Shown one piece after another: positions 15,342 to 31,315 of a DNA stretch of 64,000 nucleotides; position 1 is the first letter of the stretch, and the number at the start of each line of letters is the position of its first letter. The position numbers and the translations under genes are program-made. Where the stretch lies: the NCBI RefSeq assembly GCF_009914755.1, contig NC_060934.1, one strand, 5' to 3'. The notes beneath the pieces are model-generated. The model searched no databases and had not been told where the DNA came from. It saw only the letters and a program-made list of their open reading frames with translations. The stretch is from the human T2T-CHM13v2.0 reference genome, Homo sapiens.

Positions 15342-15726
15342 GTTAGATAGACAGATAGACAGACAGACAGGGATCCGAATTACATCTCCCAACTCAACAT
15401 GACCATACCATTTTTCTTACTGTTTAAAACGTTACAATAAAAAAGTCACTTCTCAGTCATGAGCTATGTGTAGTCATTTCTCAGCAGTTCTTAGTCAAGA
15501 ATCATGATCCTGAAGATGGGTTAGACTCTGTTGGAGAAGGCAGCCTTACTGGATTTCTTTTCTTGCTTTCAAAAATTTCTCCTTTAAAGTAGTTTTTCAC
15601 ATTATTCTTTCTCTAAATGCATACTCTGGGGATCTCATAGCTTTGTAGTCTATATTCCTCTTACATCATTTGCTTTGAACCCAAGTAGATAACAGCATTT
15701 CTGATGATATAAAAGTAGTCTCTTTT

Positions 15727-16256
15727 TGTGGTAAATAACTAATAGCTCCAATGTTCCCTACCTCCTGGTAATCATGGCCTATGTAATTCTCACCCCTTGA
15801 CTAATTAGTTTCTAATCAATCAAACAGATTAACATTGAAAGAATGTGACTTCCACAATGAGGTTAAAAAAATTACAACTTTCATCTTGCTAGAAGACTCT
15901 CTCTTGCTGGCTTTGATGAAGCATGCTGCCATATTGGAGTGGCCCACATGGCAAGGAACTGAGAATGGCCTCCAACCCACAGCCAGCAAGGACAAAGGGC
16001 CTCAGTTCCTCTAGCCCTCAGGGAGGCAAATGCTGACAACAGCAGCATGGGCTTGGAAGTGTATCCTTCTCCAGTTTAGCCTTCAGATGGAACCCCAGAC
16101 CTGAGTAATGGCTTGATTACAGATGTGTGAGTAACCCTAAGGCTGGCAGTGCCTGGATGAATGACCCACTGAAACTGTGAGATAAGAAATGAGTATTGTT
16201 TTAAGCCAGCCACTAAGTTTGTGGTATTTGTTATATACAAGTAGATAATGAATGCA
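15727..16256 (+). mobile_element. MaLR solo LTR (MLT1F/G-like)
   Basis: tgtggt start; ggcccacatggcaaggaactgag; ttttaagcca...ctaagtttgtggtatttgttat...tagataatgaatgca end. Confidence 0.8.
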
Positions 16257-17364
16257 CCTTGATTGTCCTGGTTTTATCCATCATATTAATAGTTCTGACT
16301 CTGCTTCGACAAAGCTCAGTTTGCCTAGTCTGCTCCTTTCCTCTTCTCTCTATACCCCATTCTCAACTCCACACTATTCAGAAGCTTCTTTTCTGTCCTT
16401 ATTTGAAGATACATTTAGAATAAGACTAAATAGATTGTTGATTCAAATGTGACAAATATCAAAAGTAATCCTCATATGTTAGTAATAAAACTGGCATTTC
16501 TCCATTGTTTTGTACTGTTTTAAGTGCATCCACACTGTGTCCCCACTAAACTGTTGAGGAAAGTGAGGCCCAGAGAAATTAAGGAATTTGTCCCAGGTTA
16601 TATTTCTCATTGGTGGTAAAGCCTAGCCTGGCATTTAGGGCAATTAACACCAAATTCCTTGTTTTACCCACTGCATTAGGCTGCAGCTCCTTTCCACCTG
16701 ACTAGTAGGTAGCTCATATATTTGTATTATTTTACAAATAAAAGTCTTCAATTTTTATTGAAGAATATTTAATTCTTTAATATTAAAGATATTAATTTCT
16801 TTATTAAAGAAAATTCATTTGTAAAATAATGCAAATATATTTTACATTATTTGTTATATTAAATCTCCAGCCTCCTTTACATATAGTGGTTTTACTGAAG
16901 CTAATTAAGTATTTCCAAGTGTGTGTATTTTATTTTGCTCTAAACCAGGCATATTATTTGGCCAGTAATGAAAACAAATCTTTCTGAGATGTGTGCTACA
17001 AGTATTTTGTATTCTGAATGAAGAAGTGTAAAGTCTCCAGTTTCTAATGGCCTTCGTTAACATCCCATTTACCAACTCTTGTACTGTTTTTGTCCTTTAT
17101 AAAAGAAAATTCCTGAATCAGTAAATCATTGATCATATTCAGAGTTCATTTGTTTCTGAATTTGTCCATTTCTTGAGAAATATATTTTTAACCTCTCTGC
17201 CAAATATCTTAGCTCATAAACTGCATCTTTTTTTTAGTCATATTTTAGGAGATGATTCAAAAGATTTAACTTTATCTTTCCATTATATGCACAGATTAAA
17301 CTGAAAGATTCAGTTATCTTGGGCTGGCAGGCTTCACTTTCTGGGTTTTGCCCAGTTCAGCCAA

Positions 17365-17535
17365 CCCATGCTACTCTAACTGTGGTCCTAGGAGCAGCAG
17401 GATTAGCATCCCGAGGGGCTTGTCAGAAATGCATCATCTTGGGCCTCACCACAAACCTACTGAAGCACACTTTGCATTTTGGCAAGCTCTCCAGATGATC
17501 GTATGCACGTGAAGATGTGAGAAACACTGTTCTAA
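17365..17535. mobile_element. MER5A-like hAT MITE
   Basis: agcagcaggattagcatc...cttgtcagaaatgca...acctactgaa...tgagaaacactg. Confidence 0.7.
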
Positions 17536-18201
17536 GCCCCTTTTATGGCAGAGTCCTAAGTGGTCCAGCTCACCCAGTGGCACCACTTCCAGGCTAAACT
17601 CCACCTGTGTCTCAAGTCACTTTGTTGTCATCTGCCAGAAAATGATTGTAATCAATCTAAAGTAGACAATGCATTCAAGATGTTCTTGCTAGTTGTGTAA
17701 TGCACAGACTGCATACTCATGCAGAGGCCCTCCCTTACTGTATAGTCTTTCCAACCAAAACAAAGTAATTCCCAGGAATTATTCTATTGAACTATCCATT
17801 TTTCCATTATTTCTGAGGACTCTTAATTCATTTAGCTCTTTCAGCCTTAATATAGTAATATGATACCTAATAAGATTATCTTATTTCTAAAGCATAAGAC
17901 CATATACTTCTTTGACTGTATCATGACATAAATATGTTATTTACCATTTACTAAGCACCTGTAACAGATATTGGAGTAGTTTCTTATTTTAAATTAACTT
18001 TTTTCTGATTACGGAACATGTGTAAGATACTGAGACTTGAAAGCATGTCTAATACTAAAACCAGAGAATCTCTGTCAACATTGTTTACTTTGTGTGTTAT
18101 GTATATACACACATAAAATTTTATATATATTTATATTATTGAAAATTAACCTTTTCTCAATACACATTTACAGTAAGGATTTGAACTGGAGCTTAACTGC
18201 C

Positions 18202-18576
18202 TGATATGGCCTGGATTTGTGTCCCCGCCCAAATCTCATGTGGAATTGTAATCCCCAGTGTTGGAGGAGGGGCCTGGTGGGAGGTGACTGGATATGGGGG
18301 TGGATTTCCCCCTTGCCATTCTCATGATAGTGAGTTCTCATAAGATCAGGTTGTTTAAAAGTGTGTAGCACCTCCTCTTTCACTCCCTTCCTCCTCTGCC
18401 ATGTAAGATGTGCCTGCTTCCCCTTCACCTTCTATGGTGATTGTAAGTTTCCTGAAGCCTCCCCAGCCATGCTTCCTGTAGAGCCTGCGGAACTGTGAGC
18501 CAATTAAACCTCTCTTCTTTTTAAATTACCCAATTTCAGGTATTTCTTTATAGTGGTGCAAGAACAGACTAATACA
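18202..18576 (+). mobile_element. MaLR solo LTR (MSTA/THE1D-like)
   Basis: tgatatgg...caaatctcatgtggaattgtaatccc...gactaataca; 5-bp TSD ctgcc/ctgtc. Confidence 0.9.
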
Positions 18577-18773
18577 CTGTCCATTTTAGAAAAGATCAAT
18601 CTTTTCAAAACAATACAAAATGAAAAAAATTTTTACCATAATACTTTGATCACAGTACTCAACATTCTGCTCACTAGTGTGTGTTTTTCTCTCAGAGGCA
18701 CATGCAGTTTGCTCATAAGGATATCAGGAGAGAAAACAAGAAGCCAAATCAGAGCCAAAGCTTCAGATTTGCC

Positions 18774-18797
18774 GTTGTTGTTGTTGTTGTTGTTGTT
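18774..18797. repeat. (GTT)n microsatellite
   Basis: About 8 tandem GTT units. Confidence 0.9.
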
Positions 18798-19044
18798 TTG
18801 CTTTTTTGGCAATTATAGAGAACAGATATTTTAGATGAATATCTTTTTTTTAAATTATACTTTAAGTTCTAGGGAACAGACATTCCAGGATATTTTCCCC
18901 ATTAGCTTTTATGCATAGCTCCTTATGCCTTGTTTTATAGAATAAATTAAGGATGTTCAATTCAGGGTAATAAACAGGGGACAAGTGTGCTTTCATTTCT
19001 CTGTGTATGTTTCTATGTATGTACATATATATACACACAAATGT

Positions 19045-19235
19045 TTTGCTGTTGTTGTTAAGAGATGGGTTTTCACTATACTGCCCAGACTGGAGTGCGA
19101 TGGTTATTCATAGGTGTGATTATCACACATTATAGCCTCGAACTCCTGGCCGTAAGTGATCCTTCTGCCTCATGTGATCTTCCTGCCCAGCTTCCCAAGC
19201 AGCTGGGACTGCAGGCATGTGTCACAGTGCCTGGC
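19045..19235 (-). mobile_element. FAM (fossil Alu monomer)
   Basis: Monomer with the 7SL-derived tggttattcataggtgtgat segment; small internal duplication gtgatc.ttc.tgcc. Confidence 0.75.
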
Positions 19236-20529
19236 TACACATAAATGTTGAGCATAACTGCTATCACACTGTATATTTTATATACATTTTAGGTGCTGCT
19301 TATTTTTTCACTAAACATAAATCCTGAGAGCTTTCCCATATTTTTTATTTTTGAGGACATGATTATTAAGGATGGTATAAACTTCTGTCTTAAGTCACGC
19401 ATCGTAATTTATTCTTGGCCAAAACGGTATCTATTTTGAACACATACACGGAGAAGTTGTGAAAGTTTAGAGCAAAAATAGTCATATGTTTCTTTGTTTA
19501 TTATGTGTATTAGAATGGGCTGTTTCCATGAAGCGCCTCTTCTCATAGAGAGATGGGAAAACCGAGACCAGGGAGGGCACCTGGACTTTCCATTGTGTGC
19601 CCTCCCAGCACGCTGGTTTTCTGCATCTTGCTGTGCTTTTCCTTGAGCCGCTAAATGTCACATTTATGAATGTAGTGCTGCATCCTGGGTGTTCTAACCT
19701 ATGCATGGATGGAGATGAGAGGTGCTGCTAGGGGAGGAGCAGTATTGGACTGGGAGGCTCCAAGACTGGCTTATGTGTAATAAAGCTGCTGCCTAGTTGG
19801 GGCATGACCAAGGATTTTTTAAATTTGATCTTCTGTTTAGCAAAAAGCTATGGGTCTCAGAGTTAGAAGACCCCAATGAGGAGGAGTATGAATGAAAATC
19901 TTTCCTTGTTATGTGTGGGGGGTTTAGATCTTATTCTGGTTCAGAGAATGAGGCCTGTGGTGTTTTATTTAAAAGGTACTTCTTTATTGGATAAGATCTA
20001 CCAAGCTGTGAGTAGAATCACCACTAAGACTTTGGGAACTTGTCCTCTTTGCCCTTGGTTTTTAGACCTGTAACCCCTTTTAATTTTTTTTTTTTTTTTT
20101 GGACATTTTCAGGTGTATTCTATGGGAATTTTGGAGAGGATGTATTGGGGTACAGCATAGCATCTGCTGCCACATTAACCCCCAAATCTTGTATATTTTA
20201 TAATTTTTAAAATGTTACTTCTGTATTACTATGGAAGCTATTCAATTTTTGTTGTTTTGGGGTAATAGGAGCCAAATATTAAGTTCTAGACCATGGTTGT
20301 ATAAAGACACATAATCACAATTATAGCCATTCTCATGTATGTGGTAATTGTATAAATGTAAAGCTGCATTAGGTACTTTTGTTATTTTGAATCCAAAATT
20401 ACTATGGAATCAAAAATGAACCTATAGTAAGATTTGAAGGACATGCATTTTTATCACTAAATAAGTCCCACGTACGGAAGCACATCTCTTGCCAAATATA
20501 GAAAAATATAAGAATTTTAGTTTAATTAG

Positions 20530-21512
<983 letters not shown>

Positions 21513-21599
21513 TATATATATATATATACATATAAAAAGTTTATCTAAAACCTACACCTACATGAAATAGCTAGGTATAGACCATGTGTACAATTTGAA

Positions 21600-22160
21600 T
21601 TTAAAAGTTTTTTCCACAAGGAATGTACCACTTTACTTTCCCACTAGCTATATATAAAAGTTCCTGTTCCTCCATATACATATCAAGATTTTTGATTGCC
21701 AGACTTAATTTTACCAAACTAATGAGTGTAAAATAATATCTTATTATAATAAATCGTCTATTACTAGTGAGGACTTGCCAATCATAATTCCACTAAAATG
21801 CTCACTGTGTATTTTTGCAAATTGCTTATTTGTTCTTATGGAATTATAAAAATTCTTTACATATTCTGGATAACAGCACTGTACCAATTCTGTGTCTTGT
21901 GAATATCTTCTCCCAGCATATGATTTTTTTTCATTTTCTTTCCATGTTCTTGATTTTAATGAAATCAAATTTCTTGATCTTTTACTTTTTGTGTGGTTAA
22001 AAATTTTTAGTTATGTTTAAGAAATTATCTCCTACACCAAAATCATGAAGAGATTGTGTTCTATTTTATAAGTCTTAATGTTGTGCCTTTCACATTTATG
22101 TCTTTTGTGCACCTGTAACTGATTTTTATGTATGGTGTAAAGTAGAAATTCAGTTTCAAA
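21600..22160 (-). mobile_element. Old L1M fragment
   Basis: ttcccactagc...; tgaatatcttctcccag; gatttttatgtatggtgtaaagtag. Confidence 0.6.
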
Positions 22161-22469
22161 AAAAAAAAAAAATTTTAGAACACACCACAGGACATTGAAT
22201 AAAGGCCCATAAAAGATGATCCTGAATAAATGTGCTTCAATGAACGTGGCTCTGGCTAATGACTCATTTCCAGCCTCCTACTTCAAACAAAGCAAACCTG
22301 GAGAGGTTACACACAAGGTTTAGTTTAGTACTAGTATGACCTTTGTGGAGTGTCCTCCATCAAGGAAAATTATCGGCTTAATTCTTCCCATGTTGTTAGG
22401 ATTGTTGGCAGCATAGCAAACCTGGGGATGAGCAACTCTGGAAAATATTTGACTAGGAAGCAGGGGGAA

Positions 22470-22568
22470 ATTATAAATTATATTATATATTATATTTTAT
22501 ATAATTATATAAATTATATATTATATATTATAATTATAAATTATATATTATAAATTATAAATTATAAA
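22470..22568. repeat. AT-only low-complexity tract
   Basis: About 100 nt of degenerate TATAA/ATTAT repeats. Confidence 0.9.
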
Positions 22569-22958
22569 GTCGTTAAAGCCTCAGATGTTCTTCAAATCCT
22601 TATCAAAGGACAACTTCATCAACAAAAATCTTGCCACTTGAGTCTGTTACCATGCCTCCTAGTACACAGTAATCTTTTTTCTTTTATTTCTTTTTGTAAG
22701 TAAAACTGTTCTCACACTCTCTACTAACAGAAACCCCAAAGCACATAACACCTCACTTACCTGTCAAAGTGGTTAAATTCACAACCAGTTTCACTGAACT
22801 GAAGCAAATAACACTTGGAGAGTCAACTAGGAAAGGGGAACTGCTGTGTTCAACACTATTGCTCAGATTCTAAAGAGATCAGGCCTAAACCAAGAGCTTC
22901 ACACCTTTGACTCTCAGAGCTTTGGGAACAGCTTTGGACCATGCTGGCTTCTTCTCAT

Positions 22959-23520
<562 letters not shown>

Positions 23521-23532
23521 AAAACATGCTAA

Positions 23533-24009
<477 letters not shown>

Positions 24010-24042
24010 TGAGTATCCTACCACTAAGATCATTTGATTGAA

Positions 24043-24400
24043 TTTTTTGTATAAATTTAAGGGGTACAAGTGCAATTTTGTTACATGGCTGTAGTGTGTA
24101 ATGATGACTGGGCTTTTAATGTATCCATCACTTAAATAATGTTTGTTACATGCACTGAGTAATTTCACATCAGCCACCTCCTTTCACTTCTCCACTTTTC
24201 CAAATCCCCTTTGTCTATCATTCCATACTCTATGTCCCTGGGTACTGATTATTAGTTTCCACTTATTAGTGAGAACATGCAGGAATTTTCTTTCTGCTTC
24301 TGAGTTGTTTCACTTAAGATAATGGCCTGTAGTTCCATCTACCTTGCTACAAAAGATACAATTTTATTTTTTATGGCTCAATGGTATTCCATGGTATATG
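24043..24400 (-). mobile_element. L1MA 3' end
   Basis: tataaatttaaggggtacaagtgcaattttgttacatgg...gtgagaacatgc...tcacttaagataatggcc. Confidence 0.8.
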
Positions 24401-25274
24401 AATTGTGAGAGCATTTGAAAAAACTTCCCATGGTTATGAACCAAGTCCTTCAAACACACACCGAGGTACATCTACCTTAGGTCTTCACACTGAAGCCTTG
24501 CTCTCAAAGACTGTGGGAGAAACAAACCTCTAGGCAAATTATAGTGAGTTCCCAAGAGGCATTCTTAAAGGTAAAGGGAAGTTGGTAGTTTGGGTGTGAC
24601 ATCTGCTGCTGCTGATCCTGGATGTCTTTTCCACTCAGCTCATCCTCTTTAACCTAGGATGTCTCATTTTACAACGCCTATACTTTATATGCTGTGATCA
24701 TTCATCCAGCAATTATGCAAGCTCTTCAGTCCCTAGGTTACTTAATAAATAGAGTGGTATGCTTTACTCCTGTGGCCAACAAATTCAATGCAACGTCTTT
24801 ATAACTATCACTGGCCCCTAGTATCAGAAAGAGAATCAGCATAGTGTTTTATTTTTTTTTTTTTGTGATACATATTTTGGAATTATGCCTTAGGCAGTTC
24901 TACCAGTAAAGGAACTTCTTATGGGTTCTTGTTTAAAAATTATTTTGATAACCATGGGCAAATTAGTTAATCCCATTACAACTCAGTCTGTTTTTCTTTA
25001 AAATAGAGATAATAAAGTATATTTTGGACCCTAAATATAGGTAATATGTCTAGCATGGTTATCAGTGCGTATGTGTTGGGAGGCATGTGTAGCTATTATT
25101 GTTATTGGTACATAAAAATGATAGCTATCAGTATATCACTATTATCATAATTCATAAATTCTTCAGCTTAGTGGCTTGATTTTCTCAATTTCTTCACTGT
25201 TAGTCTGTTATGAAATTTGTCACTGAGATTTCAAAAGGAATGTTTTATAATTTGTTAAAATATATGTTTATATA

Positions 25275-26121
25275 TAATATTTTTTGTTATACTTTAAGTT
25301 TTGGGATACATGTGAAGAACGTGCAGGTTTGTTACATAGGTATACACGTGCCATGGTGGTTTGCTGCACCCATCAACTCATCATCTACATTAGGTATTTC
25401 TCCTAATGCTATCCCTCTGCTACCCCCCAACCCCTGACAGGCCCTGGTGTATGATACTCCCCTCTCTGTGTCCATGTGTTCTCACTGTTCAACTCTCACT
25501 TATATGTGAGAACATGCGGTGTTTGGTTTTCTGTTCCTGTGTTAGTTTGCTGAGAATGATGGTTTCCAGCTTCATCCATCTCCCTGCAAAGGACATGAAC
25601 TCATCCTTTTTATGGCTGCATAGTATTCCGTGGTGTATATGTGCCACATTTTCTTTATCCAGTCTATCATTGATGAGCATTTGGGTTGGTTGCAAGTCTC
25701 TGCTGTTGTGAACAGTGCTGCAGTAAACATATGTGTGCATGTGTCTTTATAGTAGAATGATTTATAATCCTTTGAGTATATACCCAGTAATGGGATTGCT
25801 GGGTCAAATGTTATTTCTGGTTCTAGATCCTTGAGGAATCGCCACACTGTCTTCCACAATGGCTGAACTAATTTACACTCCAACCAACAGTGTAAAAGCA
25901 TCCCTGTTTCTCCACATCCTCTCCAGGATCTGTTGTTTCCTGACTTTCTAATGATTGTCATTCTAACTGGCATGAGATGGTATCTCATTGTGGTTTTGAT
26001 TTGCATTTATCTAATGACCAGTGATGATGAGCGTTGTTTCATGTGTTTGTTGGCCACATAAATGTTTTCTTTGGAAAAGTGTCTGTTCGTATCCTTTGCC
26101 CACTTTTTGATGGGGCTGTTT
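25275..26121 (-). mobile_element. 5'-truncated L1PA (PA7/8-like) 3' end
   Basis: ttatactttaagttttgggatacatgtg...; [19 protein letters not shown] is the ORF2 C-terminus. Confidence 0.93.
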
Positions 26122-26675
26122 ATAGATAATATTTTTAATGATAAAAAGTTAAATTTGGGGGATTTGAAAATATTGAACTTTCTAATCTCATTTTTGATTT
26201 TGGTTTTCAGCTTGTTACAGATTATATTAACTGTTACAAACCTAGATCCGAATTCGATGTCCCATAGGCACTTTTACTCAGCATTTCCAAAAATGAACAT
26301 ATTATTCTCCTTCCTTGCTCACTTCCTCTCTTCTTCCCATCCTTCCTTCCTTTTTTAATCTCATCCCTTCCACATCATGTACTGATTATCTCCTATTGCC
26401 AGGTACTATCTTAGGGAATGGACGTGCAATCAAGAATTAGTTACAATCGTTGCCCTCGTGCGCCTTTATAAACTAGGTAGCTACATTAAACAAATGAATT
26501 ACAGAAAGAATTATTTCCAAGGAGAGCTGATGAGTGCAACAAAGGAAAGCTCAGCATTCAATGAGAGTAAATAACGTGCAAATAAGATGGAAACCTAACT
26601 CAGTCTGAGGGATGCTGGAGAGAGTCATGAATGCCCGCCCTGAGCTGAGACATGCAGGATGAGGCAGGGAATGAC

Positions 26676-26925
26676 CACTGTGTCTTGTTAGCATTTCTCT
26701 TTTAAAAGCAGTAGGCATTGTGTCTGCTCAGCAGACACAGTGGAGATTAATTTTATGAGTCTCTAGTGGTGTGTCTATACTTGCAAAAAAGTTATTCTAT
26801 TGTAAAGCATTCTTTTATTTTGTGCATATTTGAGAAGCCTAATAGTCTTCTCCTTTGTGGTTCTCTTGTTCACCCCCATTAGCTGTGTTCAGTATCCAAA
26901 GAGTCAAGGCAATCAAGCAGACTTC
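26676..26925 (+). repeat. Copy 2 of the ~250-bp local direct duplication
   Basis: Shared blocks ctcttttaaaagca, gtggagattaatttt, tgtgtctatacttgcaaa, gcatatttgagaag, ttagctgtgttcagta, aggcaatcaagcagacttc. Confidence 0.85.
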
Positions 26926-27179
26926 TAGATGTCTTCTGCAGACTTATGCATCCTTTTCTTTTTGCTGTTTCATTTCAAGTACAATCATCCTCCAGGTCAC
27001 CCAGGCTTAAAATATTACATTATGTTTGACACTATATTCCCTTTTGCCTCAACAAATAACAGGTTGCCCAGTTTTCTTCATTTGGCATCTTCTTTCCTGT
27101 ATCTCCATGAATGAATGAATTCTCCCTCTCACCATATTAGTTACATCCTTCTTTGCCTTTGCCCTATAGCTTTATTTTT

Positions 27180-27700
27180 CCTTTCATCCAAGAAATATTT
27201 ACTGAGCACTTTCTGTGTGCCAGGACGCTGCTAGTGCCAATGTCACAGAAGTGAATGAGAAAACCCGTGGTTGTCACGGAGCCTGCAGCCTACTGGAGGG
27301 AAGACATGATTAACAAGTAGGGCCAGTGTGCTAAGCCACAGGGGAGGCATGTTCTTTCTCGAGGAAGGGATATTTGGGCTGAGGCTTGAAGGGGTGAACA
27401 GGAGAAAGCCAGGTACAAGTGAGCCGGGGGTTGTGCAAGGAATATCTAGTCAGAAGATTCAGCAAATGCAAGGACCGCAGGGATCAGATTAGTGGAAGTA
27501 GTGATGTTGTAGAGATCAGCTAGCTCCAAGTGTGAAGACTCTTGCTAACCATCTTAAATAATTTTGACTTTTTCCTAAGAGTATTGAGAGCCACTGAAAG
27601 GTTCTAAGCAGGGAAGTGAGGTGATGAGAAAGATCCCATCAGTTGCCATTTGGGAACTGCAATGACAGACAGTGGAATAAGAAATAGGAAAATGTTTGGT
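27180..27700 (-). mobile_element. L2 fragment
   Basis: atatttactgagcactttctgtgtgccagg...gagccactgaaaggttctaagcagggaagtga. Confidence 0.7.
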
Positions 27701-28239
27701 GGGGAAGATGAACTTGGTTTTTCTTTTTTTCTTCCAACTGGTCCTCTCGCCTTCAGTCTCTCCCCTTTCCATAGCCCAACCTATGCTCTTCCGTGCTGTA
27801 GCCGGATGGATTCCCTGGTGCACACACTGCTGACCTCAACTCAGAGAGCTTTAATGCCATGTATACTGCTCCTGGAATAAAATCTGAATTCTCCACCCTA
27901 TTATTCAAAGCTTACAATGATCTGGCTCCATCTGTTTTAAAGCTTTCTTTACATGATTCCTCTTGTCTTACTGGCTGTAACTATACGCTCCACACTCCGG
28001 AACTTTCCCACAATATGCTTTTGTCCTGGGCTCCCTCCCTCTTTCATCTTTGCCTGAATGAACACTTAAGCCTGTTCCTCCTTCCGTTCTCGCTCACTTG
28101 TCAGCCCTTCCAGGATAATTTCACTTGTTTCCACTGCCAGTAATTTCCCTTTCCTCTGAAATCCTCATTATAATGCATTTCACAGGGTGATGGCATTCAT
28201 CACCTCCCCCACACAGCAGAGCCAGTTAGGAGGCAGGAT

Positions 28240-28480
28240 GACATCATTGTTCTTATGAGCATGAACTCTGGAACCAAACTTCCTGGATTCAGATCCTGGC
28301 TCTGACAGTTCTAGCTGTGTAGCCCTGAGCACATCACTTAAATTATCTTTGCCCTATTTCCCTTCAGTAAAATCAAAGTCTCGTCTTTCTAAGGTATTGT
28401 GAGGATTAAATGAGTAAATGTATGCAAAGATGCTTAATTTAGTGTCTAGCATATAGTAAGTGTTGCCTAAATATTTAGTG
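28240..28480 (+). mobile_element. MIR
   Basis: cctggattcagatcctggctctg...gtattgtgaggattaaatgag...gcatatagtaagtg. Confidence 0.8.
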
Positions 28481-29009
28481 AATCATATTTATCACTTACC
28501 TGTAACATTCACTCTATGAAAGTATAACTTTTTTGAAGACCTAATCCACATCTGATGTTTTTTATGGCTTCCAAATCCCTTACTGCCTCACAAAGAGTAA
28601 ATAAATATTGAATATGTCAATTAGGATACTAATGATTAGGAAGCCCTAATCAGTTTTCAAATCATTTATTTTGAAGGTAACATTTTCCTTTTAAAATTGG
28701 CTAAAATAGATCATTGAGCAAATATTTAATATGTATAAACTTTTAGTTTGTAAGCACACAGAATATACTGAGGAACAGGCCCTTCTTCAATTTTACATTT
28801 AATTTAGAGAGGCAACCATACAGATAACTACAATGCAAGATGCAGTAGAAGAAGCATATAGTCTAAAAGTCATGGTAGGAATTCAAAAGAAGGGGTGGCT
28901 GGGTTGATCAGAAAAGAATTTGTTGAGATGATGAGATATAATTGTGCTGCAGTGAGAATGGTAACTTTTAGAACAAAGCATAAATAAATCAACTCTCCTA
29001 ATAATATTA

Positions 29010-29260
29010 GCCAATACTTATTGAATACTCATTGTACCAGGCACTGTGTTTGACTGCTTACCACACACTATTACATTTAAGCTTCAATATATTTCCAAGA
29101 TGAAGTATTTTGTTGCTGTGCCCATTTTACAAATGGGACAACTGAAGTATGGCAACGCGATATTAAATAAACTGTGGAAGCCCCACAACTAAGAAAGAGT
29201 AGACCCAGAATTGGAACCGAGGGAGACTGGATTCAAAGCCTGTACTCTCTCCTACCACCA
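29010..29260 (-). mobile_element. MIR
   Basis: ttattgaatactc...ccaggcactgtg...cccattttacaaatgggacaactga. Confidence 0.7.
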
Positions 29261-30689
29261 GCTTTGCCTGAGGCACATGCAGACTAAGAGTTACAGTCCA
29301 CTATTTGCTGAACTATTTTTAATAACACATTTTATTTAGTTTACTAGAATTTCATTTCTTATTATTTTAAAACTTATACCTCCACCATGGATGCTGAAAA
29401 ATATTGTTATTTCATGTATTTCTGGCCAACCCAATCTTTCACTTATATTAACAAGTCCTGAACTTCTTTATCTGTGAAATAAAAAGTTTGAAGGTATATC
29501 AGTAGTTCCCGGACAGCTCAAAAATGAGTATTTTTAAGTAAAAATTATGCAGACTTCTATATTACAGTTGTTCACCTTTGCTCATTCATTACCTAGAGAA
29601 AGCGTGGTGGATAATGAAAAGCTTTACTGATAGGATTTTGCAGCTCCCAAGAATCCACTGTTTCAGAAGAATTTCTATGGCCATTTCTAGTGGAAATATT
29701 TGAGATTTTACATATTCCAGACTTCAGACCCCCGTATGTGTAGTCTCTCATCTATTATTCTCTCTTCCATGAGAAGGAGCACATATGCTCCCCACATACC
29801 TCAATCTTCTGTCAAGGTTTCTCCATTTGTCTTCCCCCTCCTAAGTTTTTCCTCCCCCTTTTAGCTTCAAGTCCTTAGTAAACAATAAAACTTGCTTTGC
29901 AGAACTCTTTATTCCTATTGAACTACTATGCAAAGAAATATGTCTGAAATACCCGAGCTCAAACTTGGAATACAAATTTGTACAATTTTAACTTGTTTTG
30001 TGAAAACAGTAAAAACAGGTTTTTACTTTTTTTTTTCCTGAATCTAGACATTTTTCTGGTAGATTAAATCCTGAAGGAAAATATTTATCTGTATCTTCAC
30101 GCAGACCTAGTAAATTGGAAGACTAAGGACAAATTCTGTGTATGTGAAGTAATAAAGTTGAATATTTTTGCTTGACTTCAGGAGCACGCAAAACAACATT
30201 GTCTCCTGTTCACACCTATTTTTACCTTTCTTTAATTTCTCCTTAACACTTTTGTCCGTATTTTCTCCATTCCTTGAGAACTTAATGTCTTTGTGTAGTA
30301 GAAATACTTGAGAAATGCCAGGGGAGTTTAGGTAATTCATTCTTGGCACTGCTAGAGAGAGGGGCTATATTTGTAAAATATCAGCAAGAAAATGTCAGTA
30401 CCTACTCCATGGCCCCCAGCAATATGCACAACTCTGGCAGGGAAAAACAAAATCATACTCAGGGTTTTGGCAGTGGGCATATTTTCTGTTACGACCTTGC
30501 TTTTAGCAGAAACAGTTCAGGCCAGCTGCTCCAGCAAAGATTGAGAGTCTGTGCTCTTCACTAGTATTAATCCTTTAGCACTGCAAGGTTCTTAGGCAGG
30601 GTCAAACCAATTCTTATTCTACAAGGACTCACTCAAAACTGCACAGTAGCATATGAAGAGTAGTGGAGTGTCTTGCACGTTATCTGTTC

Positions 30690-30890
30690 ACTCTCCCCTG
30701 GAATTGGCCGCTCGTTTCTTTGTGGTCCCACTGAAATTGTAGAAATATTTATCACAGTACCTATGTTACTTGAATGCAATTTCCTATTTCCATGTCTCTT
30801 TTCCCCCTCTTCCTGGCCTTTGTATCTTGTATCAGCAGCACCTAGCACAGTGCCTGGCTCAGGGTAAATGCTTAATATTTGTTGAATGAA
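30690..30890 (+). mobile_element. L2 3' end
   Basis: cagcacctagcacagtgcctggc...aatatttgttgaatgaa. Confidence 0.7.
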
Positions 30891-31168
30891 AACTCTGGAG
30901 TGAGAAAGTTTGGAATTAGTGAGGTAATTGAGCCAAGTAGTAAATATGGAGTGGTAGACTGTTTGCAAGATGCAGTATACGGCAATCTCAGGGCTGTTTC
31001 AGACGGGGGAAAGGGATTGCCAGAAGTGTGGAGGTGGGAACAATCGGCTCTGGGGGGAGAATGGCAGTGGGACTATCCTCGCTTGTTCGTTTTGGACAAT
31101 AAGGAGAGGTAAGTTTGGACATACACCAAAGACTTAGAGACAGTTTATAGAAACTTCTAAAAGTTAGA

Positions 31169-31315
31169 TTTTTTAAAATTATACTTTAAGTTTTAGGGTA
31201 CATGTGTATAACATGCAGGTTTGTTACATATGTATACATGTGCCATGTTGGTGTGCTGCACCCATTAACTCGTCATTTAACATTAGGTATATCTGCTAAT
31301 GCTATCCCTCCCCCC
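31169..31315 (-). mobile_element. Short 5'-truncated L1PA 3' end
   Basis: ttatactttaagttttagggtacatgtg...gctatccctccccc; TSD aaagttaga (31160-68 and 31316-24). Confidence 0.92.

Noticed and set aside
22470-22568. AT-only tract as a structured element or array
   Set aside because: Ordinary low-complexity repeat with no repeat-spacer organisation.
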